From IMG/VR virus record IMGVR_UViG_3300006916_000044, positions 27,371-91,370 of that record: a stretch of 64,000 bases of DNA; one strand, written 5' to 3'. The position numbers and the translations under genes were made by a program. Positions within the stretch are counted from its first letter, which is position 1, and every line of letters starts with the position of its first letter. The DNA is from a virus. Under the pieces are notes generated by a model. That model did not search any database. It saw nothing but the letters and a program-made list of their open reading frames with translations, and was not told the origin of the DNA. Shown piece after piece: positions 30,527-38,512 of this stretch.

Positions 30527-32989
30527 ATGAAAAAATTTTTATTTATAGTATTTGCAATGATTGCACAAATAGCTGTGTCTCAAAACTCATATGTAGTTAT
30601 AGAAGCACAGTATGATTCATGGGGACCTGCAGAATCTCAATTTTATATTACAGATGCTCAAGGTGATACCGTATATCATCATCAACCTACAGTGCAAAGT
30701 GAATATTTATTAGATACTTTATTTATAAATGCACAACCTCTTACTGCTATTCTTTTAGATCAATATGGAGACGGATGGCAAGATACAGGCATGCAAGGTT
30801 ATTTTAGAACATGGAATAACTGTCAAGATACAATAGTAGAATTTATATCTTCACCTACAAATTACTTTGCTACAGAAATAATAAACTTTAATTTGGGTCC
30901 ATGTCAACCAAACGGACCTCCACCTCCACCATGTTTACCTGCAGTAGTTATAATTAATTTAGATCAGTATCAATCAGAAACGTCTTGGGAGATTACTGAT
31001 ACTTTAGGTTTTGTAGTAGCATCAGGTAGTGGTTATGGTTCACAACCAGATTATGGAACTGTTGTTGTTCCTGTATGTTTACCACAAACGGTATTAAATT
31101 TTACAATATTTGATTCTTATGGGGACGGTTTAAATGGTTCACTTTGGCAAGGTCAAGATGGATCTTATTTTGTTAAACAATGTGGTGATACATTAGTATA
31201 TGGTACAGATCCAGCTTTTGGAACAGATAGTACACACGTATTTGCTATTGATACATGTCCTCCTATATATGGATGTACGGATGATGATTATGTAGAGTGG
31301 AACCCGTTTGCAGATACTGATGATGGTAGCTGTCAAACATTAAAAGTTTTTGGATGTATTGACTCAACAGCATTTAACTATGATTCTACTGCAAATACAA
31401 TGGACCTTGTTCCACAATGTGAATTTACGTTAGTGTTGCATGATCTTATGGGTAATGGTTGGGTAGGATCACACTTATCTTTAGAATTACCTGACACTTC
31501 TTTCTCTTTTACGCATACTGGAGGTTTTAATGATGAATATCAATTTACTATAGATGCACCAGATCCTGCCGTGTTTAGATTTCATATATCTCCACAGGCA
31601 ACACTAACTACTATAGAATGTGGGTTTACGCTTATGAATCCAGAAGGTGATACATTAGTTAGTGTTCAACCTCCATTTATACAACCTTTGTTTCCATATT
31701 CTTTTATTACTAATTGTGGTAATACATGTATAGAAAAAGTTTTTGGTTGTACGGATAGTCTTGCTTTAAATTATTATGATGAAGCTAATACAGATGACAG
31801 TTCTTGTTATTATGTGGCAGGGTGTATGAATCCGCTGTATTTAGAATATGATACAACTGCTGATTTTGATGATGGATCATGTGTAACTTTAGTTGTTGCA
31901 GGATGTATGGATTCAACAGCACTTAATTATGATCCGTTAGCAAACGTAGAAATACCAGGGTCATGTATAGCAATAGTAGAAGGATGTATGAATCCTTTAG
32001 CATTTAATTATAATCCTAATGCTAACGTTGATGACTCAACATGTATACCTGTTATAGATGGTTGTACAAATCCTATAGCACTTAATTATGATTCAACCGC
32101 TAATACAGACGATGGCTCTTGTGTATTACCAATACCAGGGTGTACAGATCCTAATGCACTTAACTATAATCCACAAGCAAATGTAGATGACTCAAGTTGT
32201 ATAGATATAGTTTATGGTTGTACAGATGCATCAATGTTTAACTTTGATCCTTTAGCCAATGTAGATAATGGATCATGTATACCTTTTGTTTTTGGTTGTA
32301 CAGATTCTACTATGTTTAATTTTAACCCATTAGCAAATACAGATGACAATAATTGCATTCCTTTTATTTATGGTTGTACTGATCCAGTTGCGCTCAACTA
32401 CAATCCGTCAGCTAACACAGAAGATTTTAGCTGTATTGATTATATTTACGGTTGTACTGATAGCACTGCCATTAACTATGATCCGTTGGCTAATACTGAC
32501 AATGGTTCTTGCATTGAAGCAATCCCAGGTTGCATGGATCAGACGGCATGGAATTACGAGTCTTACTATAATGTTAATGATTCTCTTTCTTGCCTGTACG
32601 ATGCTGGTTGTATCACTGGCCCTGGAAATCCTTATTGGTTAAATGATGGATGTTATGCTTGGGTAATTGATGTAGATGATTATTGTTGTGAGAATGCATG
32701 GGACGCATCATGTCAAACAATGTATGATTATTGTGAGTTAGGATGGCCAACAAATTTAAATGATATGTCAGTTATAGGAATTGTAGTTTATCCAAATCCA
32801 ACATCCGGTATATTAAGAATTGAAACTAGATTAAATATAGAAGTTCTAGTAATTGATATGCAAGGTAAAATAATTATAGAAGAAGAAAACATAAATACAA
32901 TAGATCTATCAACTTATTCAAAAGGAATTTATAACTTAAAGATAACAACTGATGGAAAATCATTTATTAATAAAATTATAAAACATTAA
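30527..32989 (+). CDS. Secreted Cys/Asp-repeat protein with T9SS C-terminal sorting domain
   Basis: Sec signal MKKFLF...AVS|Q; three D.(Y/M)G(D/N)G(W/L) domains; 13 GCxD...NY...AN.DD.SC repeats; C-terminal VYPNP...IDLSTYSKGIYNLKI...KIIK. Confidence 0.85.
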   Translation: MKKFLFIVFAMIAQIAVSQNSYVVIEAQYDSWGPAESQFYITDAQGDTVYHHQPTVQSEYLLDTLFINAQPLTAILLDQYGDGWQDTGMQGYFRTWNNCQDTIVEFISSPTNYFATEIINFNLGPCQPNGPPPPPCLPAVVIINLDQYQSETSWEITDTLGFVVASGSGYGSQPDYGTVVVPVCLPQTVLNFTIFDSYGDGLNGSLWQGQDGSYFVKQCGDTLVYGTDPAFGTDSTHVFAIDTCPPIYGCTDDDYVEWNPFADTDDGSCQTLKVFGCIDSTAFNYDSTANTMDLVPQCEFTLVLHDLMGNGWVGSHLSLELPDTSFSFTHTGGFNDEYQFTIDAPDPAVFRFHISPQATLTTIECGFTLMNPEGDTLVSVQPPFIQPLFPYSFITNCGNTCIEKVFGCTDSLALNYYDEANTDDSSCYYVAGCMNPLYLEYDTTADFDDGSCVTLVVAGCMDSTALNYDPLANVEIPGSCIAIVEGCMNPLAFNYNPNANVDDSTCIPVIDGCTNPIALNYDSTANTDDGSCVLPIPGCTDPNALNYNPQANVDDSSCIDIVYGCTDASMFNFDPLANVDNGSCIPFVFGCTDSTMFNFNPLANTDDNNCIPFIYGCTDPVALNYNPSANTEDFSCIDYIYGCTDSTAINYDPLANTDNGSCIEAIPGCMDQTAWNYESYYNVNDSLSCLYDAGCITGPGNPYWLNDGCYAWVIDVDDYCCENAWDASCQTMYDYCELGWPTNLNDMSVIGIVVYPNPTSGILRIETRLNIEVLVIDMQGKIIIEEENINTIDLSTYSKGIYNLKITTDGKSFINKIIKH
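31745..32593 (+). repeat. Tandem array of 11 ~26-aa (~78-nt) GCTDxxAxNYxxxANxDDxSC repeats
   Basis: Counted directly in the translation; two more copies near 31270-31400. Confidence 0.9.
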
Positions 32990-32992
32990 ATT

Positions 32993-33352
32993 ATGAAGAC
33001 TAACAACGGAAGAGATAACATCTTAAACGATATTAACTCTGCAACAACAGAAGCTATATCACCAAGTGGTACTGTATATATAGGAGCAACAGGAGAAAAA
33101 TATGAAGCTATTAATGGAACTTTTTTTGCATTTACAGCTCTTGAAAATGCTACAATAGATGCAAGCAGGTCTACAACAAACATACTTACTAAAGGTGCTA
33201 GTACAGGAGATCCTCTTATTAAAAATGTTACAGCTGACATGACTATACCTGCTGGTGTAACAATATATGGAAACTTTTTAAGTATTGAATTAACTGCTGG
33301 TAAAGGTATAGCTTATTATAAAGATATGACAACAGCTAAAGCAAGTTTCTAA
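32993..33352 (+). CDS. Hypothetical beta-rich protein, probably virion structural
   Basis: TIPAGVTIYGNFLSIELTAGKGIAY pattern; Thr/Gly-rich. Confidence 0.5.
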   Translation: MKTNNGRDNILNDINSATTEAISPSGTVYIGATGEKYEAINGTFFAFTALENATIDASRSTTNILTKGASTGDPLIKNVTADMTIPAGVTIYGNFLSIELTAGKGIAYYKDMTTAKASF

Positions 33353-33353
33353 A

Positions 33354-34148
33354 ATGAATATTCTAGGTTTAGGTTTAGGTATACACAAAGGTTCTACTGG
33401 TACTGCTAGTAGCGTATTAACTCCTGCAGAAATTGCAGGTGGTGCTGATATTTGGTTTGATGCTACTCAAAGAGAAAATGTTACAGAAAATGGTGGTAGA
33501 GTTACTAGTGTAAGAAATTCTGGAAATCAAAGCAGCCAACCTAATCCTGGTGTAGTAGATTGGGTTTTAAACTATATAGGTACAGAAGCAGCTTATGAGC
33601 AGACTGGTGGACAAAACAATTTACCATTTTTAAAATTTACTGGTAGTGAGTCTTTTCAAATAGAACAGACTGATAATCTTGGCACTGCTGCAAATGTGAA
33701 TTATGGTACAGAATATACAATTATGATAATTCAAGATGTTGGAGGAACAGGAACAACAAGAGGAGTAACAGGTGCAAGAAACCCTAATGGATTTGTGTGT
33801 AGGTTTAATAATTCTGATGTTTTAATACAGTCAGTATATAATAGTTCTTCATTAGCAAGTGATTCAATTCTTCCAACAGGAGGTCAAGGTTTTGGTATTA
33901 TTACATGTAATACAAGTGATACAAATAATACAAATAGTGTTAGGTTTAATGCACAGTCTAATGCTCCTGCTACTGTAAGTGGAACTCCTGTAAGTACAAG
34001 TAATATTTTTGTAGGTAAAGGAAATAATACTACTCAATTTTATGAAGGTAATATATATGAGTGGGCATTATTTAAGTCATCTTTATCTAGTGCTGATTTA
34101 GATTTATTAGATGCTTATGTTCAAGACAAATATAATTTTACATATTAA
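33354..34148 (+). CDS. LamG/concanavalin-like tail or spike protein
   Basis: N-terminal LGLGLGI, IWFDA, FYEGNIYEWALFKSSLS...YVQDKY. Confidence 0.65.
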   Translation: MNILGLGLGIHKGSTGTASSVLTPAEIAGGADIWFDATQRENVTENGGRVTSVRNSGNQSSQPNPGVVDWVLNYIGTEAAYEQTGGQNNLPFLKFTGSESFQIEQTDNLGTAANVNYGTEYTIMIIQDVGGTGTTRGVTGARNPNGFVCRFNNSDVLIQSVYNSSSLASDSILPTGGQGFGIITCNTSDTNNTNSVRFNAQSNAPATVSGTPVSTSNIFVGKGNNTTQFYEGNIYEWALFKSSLSSADLDLLDAYVQDKYNFTY

Positions 34149-34149
34149 G

Positions 34150-35199
34150 ATGAAATATTTATTATTCATATTAGCTTTTTTTAGTTGCATGTCAGCAAAC
34201 GGTCAGGTATTTAAAGATTTTTTTAAGTACTCTACTTTATATTCATCAGTTAACGGTGGTAATTCAATATCAGACCAGACAGTATACGATGTTGCTACAG
34301 GTACTTTATTAAATGATGTTATAGAAACACCATACAATTATACGTTAACGTTTGGGATTAGAAAGATTCAGAGATTTCAATACGAACCACAGTTACCATT
34401 TAAAGATGGTACAGAGACATCATTTAACGATGCAGCTACTATAGGGAGAGTTAAGAAAGGTTTTGAGTATTTATTTGAGGTTGATTATGCGAGGCAACAG
34501 GGAATAGAGTTTATAAATCAAAATCACTTTTTACGATACAACACAACAAGATGGTTAGCACGTGTAGAATATTTACAAGACGGTTTTGCAGATATAAAAT
34601 ATTTTCAAGGTTCACAAAGATTAAGGATTAATTCAAAGGGTAAACTCTCTTTTAACGTGGGGGCATGTCAGAGAATTTCAGAGCCCTATGGATTCAATCC
34701 GCTTGAACAATGGATGCTACCTAATGGATCATTACACTATACACAATTGGCCCTAGATCAAGGTTACAATGTAATCTTTGACGGAGAAGGCGGTACAGAA
34801 TATACTGATCCATCAGGCGCTACCGTTGCAACAAGTAAAGAAGTGTGGGAAGCAGTAGTGGTTCCAGAAATGCTAGTTGACTATGTTGCTGCTGAGAGAA
34901 ACAAATTACCTGCTCAATGGGTTCATTCTCTTATTATAGGTTTTGATTATTATAAGTATACTAAAGATATATGGATTCATGCTTGGGGTAATGTACTACC
35001 TTATCACTATAATGACGGAGGCACATATTCATATCATAACTTTAATGATGGAGAACAATGGTATGACTATTCTGGCGGTATGATTTTTGGTTATAAAGTA
35101 ACAAGAAATCTTGGTGCGTTTGTAGAAGGTAAGTATAATAAATACTGGGACAGAGAATGGTATGATTTCAAATTTGGTATTAACTATAAAGTGTTTTAA
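34150..35199 (+). CDS. Putative outer-membrane beta-barrel protein
   Basis: Signal peptide ...SANG|Q; alternating aromatic beta strands; C-terminal FKFGINYKVF BAM-type beta signal. Confidence 0.75.
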   Translation: MKYLLFILAFFSCMSANGQVFKDFFKYSTLYSSVNGGNSISDQTVYDVATGTLLNDVIETPYNYTLTFGIRKIQRFQYEPQLPFKDGTETSFNDAATIGRVKKGFEYLFEVDYARQQGIEFINQNHFLRYNTTRWLARVEYLQDGFADIKYFQGSQRLRINSKGKLSFNVGACQRISEPYGFNPLEQWMLPNGSLHYTQLALDQGYNVIFDGEGGTEYTDPSGATVATSKEVWEAVVVPEMLVDYVAAERNKLPAQWVHSLIIGFDYYKYTKDIWIHAWGNVLPYHYNDGGTYSYHNFNDGEQWYDYSGGMIFGYKVTRNLGAFVEGKYNKYWDREWYDFKFGINYKVF

Positions 35200-35201
35200 T
35201 T

Positions 35202-35339
35202 ATGGCTAAGAAGAAAAAAACAAAGAGTAAAAAAGATGCATGTTATCACAAAGCTAAAGCTAAGTACAGAGTATTTCCTAGTGCTTATGCTAGCGGATAT
35301 ATTGCTAAATGTAGAAAACGTAGAGGTAAGATAAAGTAA
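35202..35339 (+). CDS. Small basic protein (45 aa, KDACYHKAK..Y.VFPSAYASG..KCRK)
   Basis: TAATG-coupled to the next gene; motif recalled from aquatic phage small proteins; not in the ORF track. Confidence 0.7.
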   Translation: MAKKKKTKSKKDACYHKAKAKYRVFPSAYASGYIAKCRKRRGKIK

Positions 35340-35611
35340 TGGCAGTTAGAAAAACAAAAGCAGGAGCTAATCTTAAACGTTGGTTTAAAGAGAAGTGGAA
35401 AGACGAAAAGGGTAATCCTTGTGGTTCTTCTAAAAATAAGAAGACTAAAAAGTGTAGACCTACTAAACGTGTTAGTAAGGAAACACCTAGAACATGGGGC
35501 TCTTTATCTAAATCACAAAAAGCTAAAGCTGTTGCTGAGAAAAAGAAAGTGGGGATGGGCCGTAGAACTAGTTCTATCAGAAAAGGTAAGAAAAAATCTA
35601 AAAAGAAGTAA
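35339..35611 (+). CDS. Small basic protein (LKRWFKEKW...CRPTKRVS; DUF5872-like)
   Basis: Very K/R-rich; family name from recall. Confidence 0.65.
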   Translation: MAVRKTKAGANLKRWFKEKWKDEKGNPCGSSKNKKTKKCRPTKRVSKETPRTWGSLSKSQKAKAVAEKKKVGMGRRTSSIRKGKKKSKKK

Positions 35612-35613
35612 TT

Positions 35614-35877
35614 ATGGCAAGTAAAAAGAAAGGTGCAATGAAAGGCTGTTCTATTAAGAATGGTTGCAAAAGTAAAAAAGGTGGACTTACTGCTAAGGGC
35701 CGTAGAATGATTAATAAAAAAACTGGCTCTAAACTTAAAGCTCCACAACCAGGAGGAGGTAAACGTAAGAAATCATACTGCGCTAGATCAGCCGGTCAGA
35801 TGAAAATGCATAACGTTAACTGTAGTAAGACTCCAGATAAAAGAATTTGTAAAGCAAGAAGACGTTGGAAATGTTAA
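35614..35877 (+). CDS. Small basic protein (GGLTAKGR...KSYCAR...RRWKC; DUF6321-like)
   Basis: K/R-rich with conserved-looking Cys; family name from recall. Confidence 0.65.
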   Translation: MASKKKGAMKGCSIKNGCKSKKGGLTAKGRRMINKKTGSKLKAPQPGGGKRKKSYCARSAGQMKMHNVNCSKTPDKRICKARRRWKC

Positions 35878-35878
35878 G

Positions 35879-36064
35879 ATGGCAAAGAAAAAATTAGACA
35901 TAAAAAAAGCTATAAAAAAGCCTGGCTCACTAACAGCTGCAGCCAAGCGTAAAGGTATGACTATAGCACAATACTGTAAGAACCCGCCTAGTAAAAAGGC
36001 CGGTTATAGATGTAGATTTGCTAAGACACTTAAAAAGATTAGTAAAAAACGTAAAAAGAAATAA
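35879..36064 (+). CDS. Small basic protein (AIKKPGSL...FAKTLKK)
   Basis: Very K-rich; tightly packed in the operon. Confidence 0.65.
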   Translation: MAKKKLDIKKAIKKPGSLTAAAKRKGMTIAQYCKNPPSKKAGYRCRFAKTLKKISKKRKKK

Positions 36065-36066
36065 TA

Positions 36067-36516
36067 ATGCCTGTAACAACAAACCCTGTATATGCTTTTA
36101 GTACTAGATTAAGTACAACTAGAACATGGCTCCCTATTGATGGGATTGGTGCGTCCGGAACTCCAACAACTGGAGAGGATAGTGCAAAGTTTGCTACTCT
36201 TACTGTTACTAACTCAGGCTATTTAGCTAATGATAGAGCTACTCCAATAATCTTTCATATTGCAATCTGGAAGAGATCTTTGCTTGCAGCTAATAATACT
36301 ACTTTAATGGGGGCAGCAAATCAAATGGTATTTATTAGAACTAAAGTAAGTCTAACAGGTAATAATGATGTGTTTGAATTAAAAGACTTATATATAGATA
36401 AGTTTGTTCCTAATGATTCAACACCTGAAGATGAACCTTTAGTTTGTATTTGGATAGAAGCTACATCAGGATCTGGTGAAGCAAACGCATCATTAGATGT
36501 ATGTTTAACAAGATAG
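36067..36516 (+). CDS. Hypothetical beta-rich protein, possibly structural
   Basis: 149-aa ORF in the operon. Confidence 0.5.
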   Translation: MPVTTNPVYAFSTRLSTTRTWLPIDGIGASGTPTTGEDSAKFATLTVTNSGYLANDRATPIIFHIAIWKRSLLAANNTTLMGAANQMVFIRTKVSLTGNNDVFELKDLYIDKFVPNDSTPEDEPLVCIWIEATSGSGEANASLDVCLTR

Positions 36517-36518
36517 TT

Positions 36519-36734
36519 ATGTGGAAATTATTTAAAGATGAAAATGATATAAATGAAAAAGCCATAGTTGGCTTTGCTTCTTTTGTGCTAATGGTAATAT
36601 TTGCAATATGTGATTTAATTACTGGATGGTGCGGAATGGAACTTGTAATAAATGAAGTTATATATAATAGCTTTGTAATAGTAACTCTAGGGAGTTTTGG
36701 AATTAGCTCACTGGAAAAAATTAAAAAATCTTAA
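36519..36734 (+). CDS. Small two-TM membrane protein (holin-like)
   Basis: Two hydrophobic helices, LGSFGISSLEKIKK tail; ATG 36519 preferred. Confidence 0.6.
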   Translation: MWKLFKDENDINEKAIVGFASFVLMVIFAICDLITGWCGMELVINEVIYNSFVIVTLGSFGISSLEKIKKS

Positions 36735-36738
36735 GGTT

Positions 36739-36831
36739 ATGAAAAAATTTATTTGTATTTTATTATGTAAGATAACGTTTAACAAAGTATGTTTAGGCTG
36801 GTGTGAATCAGGCTGCTGCTTAAAAAAATAA
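36739..36831 (+). CDS. Cys-rich microprotein MKKFICILLCKITFNKVCLGWCESGCCLKK
   Basis: 30-aa ORF fitting the operon with 4-nt gaps; 6 Cys. Confidence 0.5.
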   Translation: MKKFICILLCKITFNKVCLGWCESGCCLKK

Positions 36832-36835
36832 TATT

Positions 36836-36997
36836 ATGCCAGGATATAAACATAGATATAAAAGTGGTGGCAGTAATAAAAGAGGAAACATATTACCTCA
36901 AGCTAGAAAAGGTGGACAACAAAGTTTGTTAAGTAAATTAACAACAAGAGCTCCTAAAAAAACTACAAAGGGATGTGGATGTGGTGGTCAAGTATAG
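36836..36997 (+). CDS. Small basic protein with YKSGG/ARKGG motifs and a GCGCGG end (53 aa)
   Basis: ATG-TAG ORF filling the gap; not in the ORF track. Confidence 0.55.
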   Translation: MPGYKHRYKSGGSNKRGNILPQARKGGQQSLLSKLTTRAPKKTTKGCGCGGQV

Positions 36998-37011
36998 TAA
37001 AAAAATTTAGT

Positions 37012-37488
37012 ATGAAACCAAGTAGAAAGCCTAATAAGGCAAGAAGAAGAAGAGCAGAAAAATGGTTTGCTGCTCATGGAATTAATCCTAACAGTCCAGA
37101 TAGTAATGGTAATGCAAATGTATTAGATGTAAGACCAACACTAACTTGGAAAGAAGATATGGATGGTGTAACTAGTTATCCATGTGAAATTAATGTAGAA
37201 GGATTTTTATTTTATGCACACGTAACAGTGTCCTTTACAGATAGTAAAGGTAACACACATGAATACGAAGGTGGCTCAGGTGGAATTGGAGTAGGAGATC
37301 TTACATGCGCTGGAGTAATTTACTTTGGTGATGAAGATGTGCTACTAAAAGCAACAACGTTTGGTGTAGCATTTGGTGCTGAAGACGGTGGTGTTTGTCA
37401 AGTAACTTGGGGGACCAGTGGAAACGCAACTGCAGCTGGGATTGGTGAAGGCTTAGGTGCCTTTGGTGGCAGCGGTAGTTGGAAATAA
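37012..37488 (+). CDS. VapA/VapB (Rhodococcus equi virulence-associated protein)-like beta-barrel protein
   Basis: Y....V...LFY..V.V, EYEGGSGGIGVG, GVIYFGD...L, GIGEGLGAFGGSGSWK run colinear with the Vap core ending GVGGGSGSW. Confidence 0.65.
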   Translation: MKPSRKPNKARRRRAEKWFAAHGINPNSPDSNGNANVLDVRPTLTWKEDMDGVTSYPCEINVEGFLFYAHVTVSFTDSKGNTHEYEGGSGGIGVGDLTCAGVIYFGDEDVLLKATTFGVAFGAEDGGVCQVTWGTSGNATAAGIGEGLGAFGGSGSWK

Positions 37489-37495
37489 TTATAAT

Positions 37496-37888
37496 ATGAG
37501 TATACTAGGAACTATATTTAGTGGAGGAGCTAAAGAACTTGTTGAAGGTGTAGGTGGTGTTATTGATGGACTACATACATCTGAAGAAGAAAAGCTAGCC
37601 GCTAAACAAAAAATGAAAGAACTTGTAGCTAATTATGAGGTCCAAATGGAAAAAGAAATAACTTCCAGATGGCAAGCAGATATGAAGTCTGACTCATGGC
37701 TATCTAAAAATATTAGACCATTAGTATTAGCATTCTTAGTTATAAGCACTGTGCTATTGATATTTATTGATGCAGGTGTTATTAACTTTGTTGTTGAAGC
37801 TAAATGGACTGATCTATTACAATTAGTATTAATCACAGTGATTGGTGCCTACTTTGGTGGCCGTTCACTAGAAAAAACAAAGAAATAA
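37496..37888 (+). CDS. 3TM-type holin (GTA_holin_3TM-like)
   Basis: TSEEEK, DMKSDSWLSKNIRP, GAYFGGRSLEK. Confidence 0.85.
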   Translation: MSILGTIFSGGAKELVEGVGGVIDGLHTSEEEKLAAKQKMKELVANYEVQMEKEITSRWQADMKSDSWLSKNIRPLVLAFLVISTVLLIFIDAGVINFVVEAKWTDLLQLVLITVIGAYFGGRSLEKTKK

Positions 37889-37965
37889 TGTCAAAATGTA
37901 CTTGCGGTTTAACTAAAGCAGAAGATGGGTCTTGTGATAAGTCTCATGAATCTTGCAAAGAGTAA
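37888..37965 (+). CDS. CDGSH-like Fe-S/metal-binding microprotein MSKCTCGLTKAEDGSCDKSHESCKE
   Basis: CxCxxT......CDxSH; TAATG overlaps at both ends. Confidence 0.6.
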   Translation: MSKCTCGLTKAEDGSCDKSHESCKE

Positions 37966-38336
37966 TGTATAATTATCAGATTGAGCTAATTAGGGTCATT
38001 GATGGAGATACTATTGATGCTTATATAGATCTTGGCTTTAGTGTTAAAGTTAAGAAACGTATAAGACTTGCTGGTATTAATACTCCTGAGTCAAGGACAA
38101 GAGATCTTGAAGAAAAGAAAAAAGGTCTTGCGGCTAAAGATAGACTTAAGAACCTATTAGAAGGATGTGATAAAATACTTTTAGATTCACAAGGTGTAGG
38201 TAAGTTTGGAAGATGTCTAGGTAAATTATCAATTGATAAAGTAGATGGATCTGATAAACTTACCATGATCTGTGTGAATGATTTATTAATCTCTGAAGGT
38301 CATGCTGTAGCATACCATGGAGGAAAAAGAAAATAG
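37965..38336 (+). CDS. Staphylococcal nuclease (thermonuclease)-family protein
   Basis: VIDGDTI, RIRLAGINTPE, GKFGRCLG, LLISEGHA. Confidence 0.88.
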   Translation: MYNYQIELIRVIDGDTIDAYIDLGFSVKVKKRIRLAGINTPESRTRDLEEKKKGLAAKDRLKNLLEGCDKILLDSQGVGKFGRCLGKLSIDKVDGSDKLTMICVNDLLISEGHAVAYHGGKRK

Positions 38337-38337
38337 A

Positions 38338-38496
38338 ATGAACATAAATTGGATAAATAGTTATAAATCTAATAATAAAAGTGAGATTTATAAAATAGAA
38401 CTTAGAATTGGAACCTTTTCAGCATTAGAAATTTTAATTAATGCAGCAAGGGTTAGGTTTATGCTTTTTAATCTAGGATTTGAAATAGAATTTTAG
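38338..38496 (+). CDS. Small hypothetical protein (52 aa, MNINWINSY...FNLGFEIEF)
   Basis: ORF starting 1 nt after the nuclease stop. Confidence 0.55.
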   Translation: MNINWINSYKSNNKSEIYKIELRIGTFSALEILINAARVRFMLFNLGFEIEF

Positions 38497-38512
38497 TATA
38501 TTATAATGTATT

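Noticed and set aside
31745-32593. CRISPR array or DGR-like repeats
   Set aside because: The repeats are degenerate, in-frame protein repeats with no constant repeat/spacer pattern; no reverse transcriptase or cas genes are present.
32343-32642. 99-aa hydrophobic alternate-frame ORF in the repeat protein
   Set aside because: A frame shadow of the repeats; a slight local rise in C-ending codons may be a recombined patch, but I cannot quantify it.
35305-35748. Phe/Leu-rich minus-strand ORF
   Set aside because: Antisense of the Lys-rich genes (AAA read as TTT).
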